From contig OZ220744.1 of assembly GCA_965116925.1 (NCBI GenBank), positions 5,056,001-5,120,000 of the forward strand: DNA of 64,000 nt. The letters are read 5' to 3'. Below the pieces are notes generated by a model. It was not told where the DNA came from. It searched no databases and saw nothing but the letters and a program-made list of their open reading frames with translations. A program made the position numbers and the translations under genes. The DNA is from Candidatus Poribacteria bacterium. GTDB lineage: Bacteria; Poribacteria; WGA-4E; PCPOR2b. Below, piece after piece: positions 1 to 9,537 of the stretch (position 1 is the stretch's first letter; each line of letters opens with the position of its first letter).

Positions 1-955
1 ATTCAAACCGATCCATGCCCTGATACTTCGTTCCCGCATTCTCATTCAAACTCCCATCCGGATTCAGTATGTTGACTTGCTCAAGTTCGTGCCGTTGCCC
101 GATTTCGTAGTCGTTTGGATCGTGAGCGGGTGTGACTTTCAATGCGCCCGTGCCAAATTCCAGATCGACATATTCATCTGCGATGATCGGGAGTTCGCGT
201 TCAAGTATCGGTAGGATCGCCGTTTTCCCGATAAGGTGTTGATAGCGTGTATCTTCTGGATGGACAGCGACTGCCGTATCGCCGAGCATCGTCTCTGGGC
301 GTGTTGTCGCAATTTCCACGGATTCCTCTGAATCCTTAATCGGATATTTGATGTGATAGAAGTTCCCATCAATCTCAACCGGCTCGACTTCAAGATCGGA
401 AACTGCCGTTTGGCAGTTCGGGCACCAGTTTACCATGTACTCCCCGCGGTAGATCAAACCATCGTTGTAAAGCTGAACGAATGCGGTGCGGACGGCTTTG
501 GAGAGACCTTCATCCATTGTGAATCGTTCGCGCTCCCAATCGCAGGAACAGCCGAGCTGTTCCAACTGATCGATGATTGTTCCGCGAGATTCATCTTTCC
601 AGTTCCACATCCGGGCGATAAACTTTTCGCGTCCGAGTTCTTCACGACTTGTTCCCCAAGTAGCGAGCTGTTTCTCCATGATGATTTCTGTGACGATTCC
701 TGCATGGTCTGTCCCCGGCATCCAGAGCGCGTTGTAACCCTGCATCCGTCGCCAACGGATTAGCACATCCTGTAAGGTATTATCAAGTGCGTGCCCAATA
801 TGTAGGCTCCCTGTGATATTCGGGGGCGGAATCACAATCGAGTATGGGGGTTTGTCAGATGTATCAGCGGCATGGAAATAATCCTTGTCCTGCCAGTATT
901 TATACCACTTTTCTTCGATGTCGTGTGGTGAGTATGTTTTTGGAATATCGGTCAT
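1..955 (-). CDS. valS: Valine--tRNA ligase, N-terminal part (runs off window start)
   Basis: Manual translation from ATG at 955: [18 protein letters not shown]...[22 protein letters not shown]...WMPGTDHAG (HIGH motif). Absent from the ORF track because it is truncated. Confidence 0.96.
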   Translation of the reverse strand, partial: MTDIPKTYSPHDIEEKWYKYWQDKDYFHAADTSDKPPYSIVIPPPNITGSLHIGHALDNTLQDVLIRWRRMQGYNALWMPGTDHAGIVTEIIMEKQLATWGTSREELGREKFIARMWNWKDESRGTIIDQLEQLGCSCDWERERFTMDEGLSKAVRTAFVQLYNDGLIYRGEYMVNWCPNCQTAVSDLEVEPVEIDGNFYHIKYPIKDSEESVEIATTRPETMLGDTAVAVHPEDTRYQHLIGKTAILPILERELPIIADEYVDLEFGTGALKVTPAHDPNDYEIGQRHELEQVNILNPDGSLNENAGTKYQGMDRFE

Positions 956-976
956 AGGTTTTAATCCTCAACTTGT

Positions 977-1219
977 TTATGTTTGATAAAATTCATCTTC
1001 AGTCAAATCAAAGGCTTTCCTGATTCCTTCAAGGGCTTTGATACTTAATTGTTGATTTAGATTATGGCACTTTACAGGATAGAAGCGGGACCTTCCACGA
1101 AAATTGGGATGAAAGAATACACGATGGTTCCCCTTACCACGCTTGGGATTTTCCATTATTCCAAACCGGCGCAAATTTTTTCTAACTTGACGGTAATTAA
1201 GTCGTGGTTTCCGTGGCAT
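977..1219 (-). CDS. HicA-family toxin (mRNA interferase)
   Basis: 80 aa, basic, LRRFG...RGKGNHRVFFHP...PVKCH, matching the HicA GxH motif. Confidence 0.8.
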   Translation of the reverse strand: MPRKPRLNYRQVRKNLRRFGIMENPKRGKGNHRVFFHPNFRGRSRFYPVKCHNLNQQLSIKALEGIRKAFDLTEDEFYQT

Positions 1220-1553
1220 TTGGATCTACTTCGGTAAAATCAATCTCAGAAATTAAAGGAGGAGCAACTTCCGAATCTAGGGTCACTGTTTTTGTATGAT
1301 TGCTATACAAAAGTTTCCGCCACTCTGCCGGGTCAGCCGGTTGAAAAAGATGATCCATCAAATTGTTTTCAATCGCAAAAGTGATTTGCTCGGAAATCGC
1401 ATCAACAATCATCACTTCTGCTTCCGCCTTTGTATCGCCATCAGTGACCAAATCCAATTGCAAACAGTGGGCAGTATAACAGTCTGTCTGTTTTTCAATA
1501 AGCACATCAAGGTGAAATAATTTCCGCTTGAATTTTGGGTTGTCAGTTTCCAT
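1197..1553 (-). CDS. HicB-like antitoxin (no C-terminal DNA-binding domain)
   Basis: YTAHCLQLDLVTDGDTKAEA...I.DAI, a HicB RNase H-like fold pattern; overlaps the hicA start. Confidence 0.75.
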   Translation of the reverse strand: METDNPKFKRKLFHLDVLIEKQTDCYTAHCLQLDLVTDGDTKAEAEVMIVDAISEQITFAIENNLMDHLFQPADPAEWRKLLYSNHTKTVTLDSEVAPPLISEIDFTEVDPNATETTT

Positions 1554-1621
1554 TGGCTTCTCCAGTATTGTTGGGTGTTACATGCCTATTGTAAAGTCCT
1601 TTGAATGCGATGCATAACGCA

Positions 1622-2542
1622 TCACACTTCCCGCTTTGTCACTTCTAGCAAAGCCATCGTCACAAGCAGCAACGGCACGATCACAAGTGCAGAACTCCAC
1701 AGGGAGAGTTGAACGCCGATCAGGCAGGGGAAAAACGTGATAGCACCCACCATTGAACCCTTCAATGCGCGATAGCCGTTTTTCTCAGTTGGATTCAGGT
1801 AAAGGGGTAGACGGGTAATACTTGTAGCAAGCAGCGCAAAGACCACCCATAGGGTATAGTGCCAACTGACCCCTTCAAGCCAGTGCGGCAACACGGCGAC
1901 AATAAAGGCCAGTATGGTCGAAACGGCAGCGCAGGCGAGGGCTGGCTTAATTCCCAGTTGCAGGGGAGTGGTGGTGATGCCGAGTTTTTCATCCCGTTCG
2001 AGATCTTTGAAGGTCGTTGTGATGTGTGTCCCGCAATCGTAAAGCGTTGTAGCGGCAAACGCATACCAGACCAAACGGGGCACACCTCCACTTACAGCCA
2101 ATGCACCAAACACATTGAGCAGACCGATCCCAAAGGGCAGGCTAATGCTCCCCAATATTCCACGTTCCTTGAAGAAGGCGTTGTATAAGTGGGAAATCAT
2201 CACAAGGGCAATCACCAGAAGCCCCGCTTTGATGTGGAGCGTAAATCCCAAGATGACACAGATGATGTAGGTACTACTTGCGGTGATCAGGACCTGCTGA
2301 GATGTAAGTCGATGCGACGGGAGCGGGCGGTCCGGATTCACAACGGCATCCTGCTCTCGGTGGAAATAGTCGTTCTTCATCATGCCTGCGAAGTAGCCGA
2401 GTAATGCGATGAGCAACGTCAACCCAACCCGCCAATTCCACTCCCCCTCTGAAGCGATCAGTGCACCGGGCAGCGTCGCAGCGATCGGAATCGCAAAAAG
2501 GGGATAGCGGATTAATTCAAGATAGGCTTTTAATGTATTCAT
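1622..2542 (-). CDS. UbiA-family prenyltransferase (DGGGP synthase-like)
   Basis: Multi-TM; ELIR, NDYFHREQD..NPDRPLPS and KDLERDEKLG motifs. Confidence 0.85.
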   Translation of the reverse strand: MNTLKAYLELIRYPLFAIPIAATLPGALIASEGEWNWRVGLTLLIALLGYFAGMMKNDYFHREQDAVVNPDRPLPSHRLTSQQVLITASSTYIICVILGFTLHIKAGLLVIALVMISHLYNAFFKERGILGSISLPFGIGLLNVFGALAVSGGVPRLVWYAFAATTLYDCGTHITTTFKDLERDEKLGITTTPLQLGIKPALACAAVSTILAFIVAVLPHWLEGVSWHYTLWVVFALLATSITRLPLYLNPTEKNGYRALKGSMVGAITFFPCLIGVQLSLWSSALVIVPLLLVTMALLEVTKREV

Positions 2543-2588
2543 GATGATTTACTTTCAGGTATGACTTGGACATGCAGCACTTGTGTGT

Positions 2589-3608
2589 TTACTCACCGAC
2601 CAGAACGCTTTTCACGCCGCGCTGCTGCCGGGCATTTTCAAACCCTACAACAACCCCCTCAATCGGAAACCGATCCGTCAGCAACGGCTTGAGATTAATC
2701 TCGTCGTTGATGAGCATCTGGCGAGATTCGCTCAAACTCCAGCGCGAAAATGCCCACGATGCCATCAACTTGTGCCCCATGTAATGAAAATGCTCAAGGT
2801 TAATCCGCAGCTCCTGCCCACCCGGTGCCAGTCCGAAAAAATTTACACAACCGCCGCGCCGCACAATCTTGAAGGCGAGATCTATCGCACGCTGATCGTT
2901 GACCGTCGCAGAGATAACGGTATCCACACCACCGCCGGTCTGCTCAATGAGTGCTTCCACCTGTGCTGCCGTAATACCAAATGTGGCATCTGCACCAACT
3001 CCCTCTGCTGTGCTCCGCCGATGCACAAGCGGTTCAATAACGAATGTTTCCAATCCCGCCCTTCTGGTCAATTGAGCAAACATCAAACCGATGGGACCCG
3101 CACCGAGAATAGCCACACTTTTATCAAAGATTGTTTCACGCATTGCATTGATACAGCAGCCCAACGGTTCCAGAAAGATTAGTTCTTCTGGCGAAATCGT
3201 ATCCGGTACGGAGATGAGTTTGCCCGTGTCAATTCCGTGTTTCGACATTCGGAGGTATTCGGCGTATCCGCCGTCAATGTCATGTCCAATTCCCTCAATG
3301 TTCGAGCAATACTTGTCGAAATCTGCCCGGCAGTAATCGCAATTTCCACAAGAGAGCATCGGATTCACTGTTACCTTCTCGCCAACTTTCACATCAGGGT
3401 GTCGGCTTTCAACGACGACCCCGGCGAGTTCATGTCCCATCACGACAGGTGGTGAGTAGTCGGTGATATCCCCGTTGAGCGCTGCCAAGTCAGACGCACA
3501 GATACCGCATAGCTCGACTTTAATCAAGACATCGCCTGAATCGAGAGTCGGGACCGGCTTATCCTGTACACTTAATTTTCCAGTTTCTTCAAAGACAGCG
3601 GCTTTCAT
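2589..3608 (-). CDS. Zinc-dependent alcohol/sugar dehydrogenase (MDR family)
   Basis: CGICASD, GHE, CxxCxxCx7C and GAGPIG motifs. Confidence 0.92.
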   Translation of the reverse strand: MKAAVFEETGKLSVQDKPVPTLDSGDVLIKVELCGICASDLAALNGDITDYSPPVVMGHELAGVVVESRHPDVKVGEKVTVNPMLSCGNCDYCRADFDKYCSNIEGIGHDIDGGYAEYLRMSKHGIDTGKLISVPDTISPEELIFLEPLGCCINAMRETIFDKSVAILGAGPIGLMFAQLTRRAGLETFVIEPLVHRRSTAEGVGADATFGITAAQVEALIEQTGGGVDTVISATVNDQRAIDLAFKIVRRGGCVNFFGLAPGGQELRINLEHFHYMGHKLMASWAFSRWSLSESRQMLINDEINLKPLLTDRFPIEGVVVGFENARQQRGVKSVLVGE

Positions 3609-4246
3609 GACACACCTCCCTTGTTTCGCACGAAACGAAGTTGTTCAAGCAGTTGGCCGCCAACTCTCACAACAGAGGCAGCAATATCGTCAGGGACTTC
3701 CGTTCCATGGACCGCGCGGTTGCAAACGTATGTGATTTCTTTCAACGGCCCAAGCCAAGTAGAGGGTAAAATTTCTCGAGAAACAAGCTCTTGGGCGATC
3801 CCTGTAACCCCTAACGGACGGGAGCCGATATCTGTCTGATTATTGTAGGCGATGCGTCTGATTTCCTGCTCAAGTTCCATCCGCAATTTTGCCAATGCCA
3901 ATGAGTTGTCTGAACCAACTAGCTGTCCTAAACTTAAATCCCACGGTTCTTCGGCCTTTTCTCCATCAACAGTGGATGGATCAGGTGTTGTAAGTTCTCC
4001 GGAAAGACTCTGGCTCACACTAATCTCATTAAAGGAGATACGAAAAGAAGAAGGTGACGGTCTATTTTCTATAGATTGTTGAAATGCTGTCAACGCAGCA
4101 ACTGTGGTCATCCCTGCAATAAGCATCAATACCTGATCGATTTCGGATACTATTCCATCTTGTGCGGCTAAGAAAAGCAAACCACCTGTAAGTAGGGCAA
4201 GAAAACCACCAACTACTAGACTATATACTGCTCTATTCTTCTGCAT
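3605..4246 (-). CDS. Hypothetical membrane protein with C-terminal HEPN/DUF4145-like helical domain
   Basis: Two N-terminal TM helices; C-terminal ALAKLRMELEQEIR...CNRAVHG. Confidence 0.55.
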   Translation of the reverse strand: MQKNRAVYSLVVGGFLALLTGGLLFLAAQDGIVSEIDQVLMLIAGMTTVAALTAFQQSIENRPSPSSFRISFNEISVSQSLSGELTTPDPSTVDGEKAEEPWDLSLGQLVGSDNSLALAKLRMELEQEIRRIAYNNQTDIGSRPLGVTGIAQELVSREILPSTWLGPLKEITYVCNRAVHGTEVPDDIAASVVRVGGQLLEQLRFVRNKGGVS

Positions 4247-4655
4247 TTTCTCCTCCTTTATCTGTTTCTTTGGAACCCCTCAAAAACATCTTCACATAGT
4301 CCGGGACGAACCAAAAAAGGCCCGCCCCTGATATGAAAACTCCTAGCTTTAAGCCACCGATAAGCAGGCCTATACCGGTAAAAAAAGCAATGGCAGAAAA
4401 TACTATCTTACACCACAACTGTACTTTTTCCGAGGAACGTTGATGTTCTCGGTCTTTCACTTCCTCATCTTGCCGTTTAACTTCCCCGCGCACTTGGGTC
4501 CAGAGAATAATATTGTCGGGATTATCTGCTTGGATAAGACGTTCCTCAATTGATGAGACAACGGAAGACTCACCCGATTCACGCTGAGTTAGAGACGTAG
4601 GTTCATTCGATGGAGTTGTACTATTTTTTTCTTCTTGCGACATCTTCGATCCCAA
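4233..4655 (-). CDS. Hypothetical 2-TM membrane protein
   Basis: Hydrophilic N-terminus followed by two hydrophobic segments; overlaps the next gene. Confidence 0.6.
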   Translation of the reverse strand: MGSKMSQEEKNSTTPSNEPTSLTQRESGESSVVSSIEERLIQADNPDNIILWTQVRGEVKRQDEEVKDREHQRSSEKVQLWCKIVFSAIAFFTGIGLLIGGLKLGVFISGAGLFWFVPDYVKMFLRGSKETDKGGENAEE

Positions 4656-4682
4656 GGGTAGTTTATATGTGTTATGAGCGAT

Positions 4683-5231
4683 TCAATGGGTTAGAAACTC
4701 GTCAAGTTTCTTGAGCAGCACATCCGGACTTTCATCAATCAATATCAGCGAACGGTGAGGTTCCCTGATGAATCCCTCCGAAACCGCATAATCGAGGAAA
4801 GTCGCTAACTTCCTGTAGTACCCACAAACGTTCAGAAGACCGCACGGTTTTCGGTGTATACCAAGTTGCGTCCACGTCACCATCTCAAAGATTTCATCAA
4901 TCGTACCGAGTCCGCCCGGTAGCGCGATAAAAGCGTCCGAAAGCTCAGCCATCAACCCTTTTCGCTCGTGCATCGCGTCAACGACCCGTAGATCGGAAAG
5001 GGCGTCGTGGGCGATTGCCTTTTCGACGAATATACTAGGTACGACACCAATGACTTCACCACCGCCCTCAAGCGCGGCATTAGCAAGTTCACCCATTGTG
5101 CCGACATCTGTACCACCGTAGACAAGCCCTAAGTTTCTGCTTGCCAAGGCGTTGCCTAGCTGCCTTGCGGCTTTGGCATACGCCGGTTTACTTCCCATGC
5201 TTGATCCACAGAATACACACACCCGTTTCAT
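4683..5231 (-). CDS. LOG family (TIGR00730) nucleotide monophosphate phosphoribohydrolase
   Basis: MKRVCVFCGSS, MHERK and PGGLGTIDE motifs; start moved to ATG 5231. Confidence 0.93.
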   Translation of the reverse strand: MKRVCVFCGSSMGSKPAYAKAARQLGNALASRNLGLVYGGTDVGTMGELANAALEGGGEVIGVVPSIFVEKAIAHDALSDLRVVDAMHERKGLMAELSDAFIALPGGLGTIDEIFEMVTWTQLGIHRKPCGLLNVCGYYRKLATFLDYAVSEGFIREPHRSLILIDESPDVLLKKLDEFLTH

Positions 5232-5266
5232 TCCAACACGCTTTCTTGATTGAGGTCGGTTCAATT

Positions 5267-5487
5267 TATGGTGAATTCTAAAAATAAATAGACGCTTTCA
5301 CCCCCCCGGTAGGTGCGGTTTCATGAAGTTTAAGTATTTAAATCGGTAATCCCTATTTTCCTCGAAACATACGGTAGGCGCGGTTTTCAACCGCGCCGGC
5401 ATCGCTAGCAAATTACCGAATTATTTTTTTAATTTTCATCTAACCGCACCGGTTTGGAGTGTCCCATTAATTCTAGGATCCACTACA
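5267..5487. mobile_element. MITE-like element (family A) with a second 117-bp MITE (5323-5439) nested inside its REP hairpin
   Basis: Outer ends TATGGTGAATTCTAAAAATAAATAGAC...GTCCCATTAATTCTAGGATCCACTACA match the copies at 15405 and 52237. Inner TIRs are ATGAAGTTTAAGTATTTAAATCGGTAAT / ATTACCGAATTATTTTTTTAATTTTCAT. Confidence 0.8.
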
Positions 5488-5577
5488 GTTCATAGATTTT
5501 ATCAGAAACCTCAGTCGCATTGCAAGGCAATTGTCAATTCTGATAGATTGCTGCCCCAACCTCAAATCGTTTTGGTA

Positions 5578-5606
5578 TTGACATCCGCCCCTACCCTCTT
5601 TATAAT
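5578..5606 (+). promoter_or_regulatory. sigma70 promoter
   Basis: TTGACA-17 bp-TATAAT, a perfect consensus, 43 bp upstream of the ORF at 5650. Confidence 0.85.
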
Positions 5607-5649
5607 GGACAAAATATATTCTTAATTTCGGCTTAATGGGGGAAGAACA

Positions 5650-6915
5650 GTGAGTGAGAAGATTCGATTAGCTATTGTTGGCTGTGGGGGCATGGGGCAC
5701 CGTCACCTGTACGGGCTCGCAGAGCTGCATCGTGTAGGGTGGGAACGGTTTGAACTCGTTGGGGCGTGCGATCCGGTACGCGATAACGCCGAATCTCTTG
5801 CCGACCAAGCAGCAACACATTTTGGGGAGCGACCAACTGTCGTTGAGGATCTGAATGGACTGGCGGCGTTGAATGTTGAGGCGGTTGACGTAACGACCAC
5901 ACCACGATACCACCACACAGTTGCTGTTGAGACGCTGGAGCGAGGTTGGCATACGATGGTCGAGAAACCGATGGGACTGACCGTCCGGGCGTGTAACCTC
6001 ATCGCACGCGCAGCGGAGGGATCCGACGCAATTTTAAGCGTGGCGGAGAACTATCGACGAGACCCCATCAACCGTTTGGCGAAGGCACTGATAGATGCCG
6101 GCATCATTGGTACGCCACGCTTTCTCATCCACCACGCTATCGGCGGTGGCGATCGGATGTTAATCTCTGTCTGGCGTCACCAAAAAGACCAAAGTGGTAT
6201 ACTGCTTGATGTCGGTGTTCACCACTCGGATATGATGGAGTACCTGCTGGGTGATATTGAAACGGTGTACGCGAAGACAAGACTCCATGAACCCATCCGC
6301 AAGAATCCCGCAGCGGGTGGAGGAGAAGCTGGATCAAATCCCGGCGGCGTCTATGGCCGTTGGCAAGTAAAGATGCCCGCCGAATTTGAAGCGACCGCCG
6401 AGGATGCCGCTTATGCAACATTGACTTTCAAAAACGGTGCGGTGGGGCAGTACATCGAAGACCACGCCGGTCGTGGTCAAGGTGTGTGGTCACGACAAGT
6501 TTACGGCTCGCGTGGTTCGATGAGTTTGCCGGGCGATCGCAGTGGGGGGAATATCGTACTAAACATTGATGGCGAATCCCCTATTGATGATGAAAAGATC
6601 CTAGAGTATGTCCCTGATTTTCAACTTGATGCCGTGACATCAGATTTGTGGGGCGAAAATCGGCTGTGGCGTTATGAATTCCCGTTCCCTGAAATAGATC
6701 GAAAAATTATCGCTATCGAATACGGAGATTTTGCACAAGCGATAGGGGGAGAGCATCCGGTCGAAGTGGACGCAGCGCAAGGGACGCGATCTGTCGCTGT
6801 CTCTTACGGGATACTGGAGTCCGGTGAAATTGGACGTATCGTCACCATTGACGAAATGCTTGCCGAGCGGGTAGATGACTATCAGCAGGGGATTAACGAG
6901 AGCCTAGGAATATAA
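5650..6915 (+). CDS. Gfo/Idh/MocA family oxidoreductase
   Basis: AIVGCGGMG Rossmann motif, EKP, LLDVGVH. Confidence 0.92.
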   Translation: MSEKIRLAIVGCGGMGHRHLYGLAELHRVGWERFELVGACDPVRDNAESLADQAATHFGERPTVVEDLNGLAALNVEAVDVTTTPRYHHTVAVETLERGWHTMVEKPMGLTVRACNLIARAAEGSDAILSVAENYRRDPINRLAKALIDAGIIGTPRFLIHHAIGGGDRMLISVWRHQKDQSGILLDVGVHHSDMMEYLLGDIETVYAKTRLHEPIRKNPAAGGGEAGSNPGGVYGRWQVKMPAEFEATAEDAAYATLTFKNGAVGQYIEDHAGRGQGVWSRQVYGSRGSMSLPGDRSGGNIVLNIDGESPIDDEKILEYVPDFQLDAVTSDLWGENRLWRYEFPFPEIDRKIIAIEYGDFAQAIGGEHPVEVDAAQGTRSVAVSYGILESGEIGRIVTIDEMLAERVDDYQQGINESLGI

Positions 6916-6943
6916 TAATCGAAAATTGGGATAGAGGTGGAAT

Positions 6944-8392
6944 ATGGCAACTCGATCGGCGGAAGACTACAAGGTGGGCTTAAACGATGGTCGTACCCTA
7001 TTCTTTAAGGGGAATCGTGTAGAGGATGTCACCCGTCATCCAGATCTGAAGGTTGGAATGGAGCACGCCTCACTCGATTTTGCGCTCGCTGAGGATGCGG
7101 CGTATCGGGATTTGATGACCGTCAAGATTCCTGATACGGGTGAAACGATCAGCCGGTATTTTGTAAGCCCTACCAACACAGACGATCTGCTCAAACGGCG
7201 CGAGATGATCGAAACCAGCACTCGGCTTGGCGGTGGAGTGGTGTTGCTAATCAAAGAGATTGGAACAGACGCGCTCTTTGCGCTATCCTTGGTCGCCAAA
7301 CGGGTTGATGAGCGGTACGGCACGGATTATCTCAAGCGGGTGGAGGCGTATCACCAGCACTGTCAGCGGGAAGATCTCAGCATGGCGGTCGCACAGACCG
7401 ATGTGAAGGGCGATCGAAGCCTAGCCCCCTCCGAGCAGACACATCCGGATTACTACGTGCGTGTCGTTGAAGAACGGGAGGATGGAATAGTTGTCCGGGG
7501 CGCGAAAGCACATACCACCTGCGCGCCCTATGTGGATGAGATCATTGTGCTGCCGACACGAAATCTGACGGAACAGGATAAAGATTACGCCCTCGCCTTT
7601 GCTGTCCCCGCCAATACCCCCGGCTTAAAAATGATTGTCAGCCCCTTTGGTGCCTCGTCATCCAGCGATTTTCATAATCCTGTCAGTGCCCATCACCGGA
7701 TGATTGAAAGCCTGACAATCTTCGACGACGTTTTCGTTCCAAAAGAACGGGTTTTCATGAATGGAGAATGGGATTTTGCGGGTGGATTAGCCACCACCTT
7801 CGTCCAATTCCACCGGTTTACCGCTGTCTCTTACAAGCCACCGCTGTGTGATCTCCTAACCGGTGCCGCCGCATTAATCGCTGAACACAACGGCATCAGC
7901 CGTGCAAGCCATGTTCGGGAGAAGTTGATGCACCTGATTAACTACGCCGAGACAGTTCGCGCCCTAAGTAAAGCCGCCGCTGTCGATTGCGTCCAGATCG
8001 ATGGGGTAGCGATTCCCAATTCGATTATTACTAATGTTGCCAAATTTTACTTTGCTAGCAACTATCACCAAATAGTCAGTTACGTGCAGGATATCGCCGG
8101 TGGGCTTGTGGTCACTGGACCTTCAGAGGAAGATGTCGCGAACCCTGAAACCCGAGATTATATCGAAAAATACTTGGGCGGAGCCGCGGGGGTTCCAACA
8201 TTAGATCGTCTCAAGTTGGTGAACCTGATTCGGGACCTGACCGCTTCTGATTTTGGCGGTTACAATGAACTCCTTGCCATCCACGCTGAAGGTTCCCTTG
8301 AAGCACAAAAAATTACAATTTATCGGGAGTATGACTTGGAGCGGTGTAAATCCTTGGCTAAACAGGCGGCGGGGATAGGGGATAGCGCGTAG
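6944..8392 (+). CDS. 4-hydroxyphenylacetate 3-hydroxylase / 4-hydroxybutyryl-CoA dehydratase family flavoprotein
   Basis: AQTDVKGDRS, GIVVRGAKAH, FDDVFVP.ERVF and HAEGSLEAQK motifs. Confidence 0.88.
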   Translation: MATRSAEDYKVGLNDGRTLFFKGNRVEDVTRHPDLKVGMEHASLDFALAEDAAYRDLMTVKIPDTGETISRYFVSPTNTDDLLKRREMIETSTRLGGGVVLLIKEIGTDALFALSLVAKRVDERYGTDYLKRVEAYHQHCQREDLSMAVAQTDVKGDRSLAPSEQTHPDYYVRVVEEREDGIVVRGAKAHTTCAPYVDEIIVLPTRNLTEQDKDYALAFAVPANTPGLKMIVSPFGASSSSDFHNPVSAHHRMIESLTIFDDVFVPKERVFMNGEWDFAGGLATTFVQFHRFTAVSYKPPLCDLLTGAAALIAEHNGISRASHVREKLMHLINYAETVRALSKAAAVDCVQIDGVAIPNSIITNVAKFYFASNYHQIVSYVQDIAGGLVVTGPSEEDVANPETRDYIEKYLGGAAGVPTLDRLKLVNLIRDLTASDFGGYNELLAIHAEGSLEAQKITIYREYDLERCKSLAKQAAGIGDSA

Positions 8393-8412
8393 CAGGACAG
8401 GTGCTCCGTTAA

Positions 8413-8451
8413 GGTTGGAAGATTGGAAGGATAGGAGGTTGGAAGGATGGA
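8413..8451. repeat. Degenerate 8-mer tandem repeat (GGTTGGAA-like)
   Basis: ggttggaa gattggaa ggatagga ggttggaa ggatgga. Confidence 0.7.
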
Positions 8452-9226
8452 AGGAGGGAAAAGTCCGTCTGTGTTTGACCTCACCGGTCAACGGGCAATC
8501 GTAACCGGCGCATCACGGGGGTTGGGTCGTCACTTTGCCCTTACACTGGCACGGGCCGGAGCGCAGGTGGCTCTGGCTGCCCGTGGAATTGACCGGTTGG
8601 AGACCGCTGTCAAGGAAATTGAAAGGTTCGGTGGTTGTGCGGTTGCGATCCAAGTTGATGTGGCTGACAGAGAGAGCGTCAGGTCATGCGTCGAAACGGC
8701 GGAAAATGCGCTCGGACCAATTGATATTCTCATCAATAACGCCGGTATTGCCGTGACCAAGCCGATGCTTGAACACACCGAGGAGGATTGGGATTCGGTG
8801 CTTGACACAAATCTCAAGGGAGTTTGGCTGATAGCACAGGAGGTAGCGCGGCGTATGGTTCACCGCGGACAGGGTGGGAGCATCATCAATATCGCATCGG
8901 TACTCGGAGAACGTGGGATCGCCCAATTGCCGGGATACTGCGCTTCCAAGGGCGGGATTATCAGCCTGACGCGAGCGATGGCGGTCGAGTTGGCACCGCA
9001 TGGGATACGGGTCAACGCGATTGCACCCGGTTATATTGAAACCGATATGAACCGTCAATTCTTCACCACGCAGGCCGGTCAACGCCTGATTAAACGCATT
9101 CCTCAACGCCGATTGGGGCAGCCTAAAGACCTTGACGGAACATTACTACTGCTAGCTTCTGACGCATCTCGATATATGACCGGCAGCGTTATTACCATTG
9201 ATGGTGGTCAATCTGCCGCCCTGTAA
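8447..9226 (+). CDS. SDR family oxidoreductase
   Basis: TGASRGLG, NNAG and YCASK motifs; exact start uncertain because the ATG lies in the repeat. Confidence 0.92.
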   Translation: MEGGKSPSVFDLTGQRAIVTGASRGLGRHFALTLARAGAQVALAARGIDRLETAVKEIERFGGCAVAIQVDVADRESVRSCVETAENALGPIDILINNAGIAVTKPMLEHTEEDWDSVLDTNLKGVWLIAQEVARRMVHRGQGGSIINIASVLGERGIAQLPGYCASKGGIISLTRAMAVELAPHGIRVNAIAPGYIETDMNRQFFTTQAGQRLIKRIPQRRLGQPKDLDGTLLLLASDASRYMTGSVITIDGGQSAAL

Positions 9227-9273
9227 GAGGCGTACCCTCCGAATCGTGATAGGTCGGAAATTGGATTTTCCTC

Positions 9274-9537
9274 CTAATTCGGTTTGTCTGATGACCGACG
9301 CAGTCTCGCGATGAAAATCACAAGAAGGGCAGCCGCATTGCCAGCAAGAAGCGCACTCAAAATACCTGTCAACAGAACAAACCCGCCGATGCGTATCACT
9401 CCCTCCCCAAATGGGCACGACCAGTACCCCTTGCCAAAGGCAAAGGCAGGAATTAACACTCCTAACAAAAACCCTACCACGGCAGCAATAACTGTAATAT
9501 TTTGATATTTTTTTATCGGTAAATGAACTTCTTGCAT
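9274..9537 (-). CDS. Small hypothetical 2-TM protein
   Basis: Two hydrophobic helices; co-oriented downstream of comF. Confidence 0.5.
   Translation of the reverse strand: MQEVHLPIKKYQNITVIAAVVGFLLGVLIPAFAFGKGYWSCPFGEGVIRIGGFVLLTGILSALLAGNAAALLVIFIARLRRSSDKPN

Noticed and set aside
139..763. Short ORFs 139-393, 353-763 and 454-705
   Set aside because: Shadow frames of valS
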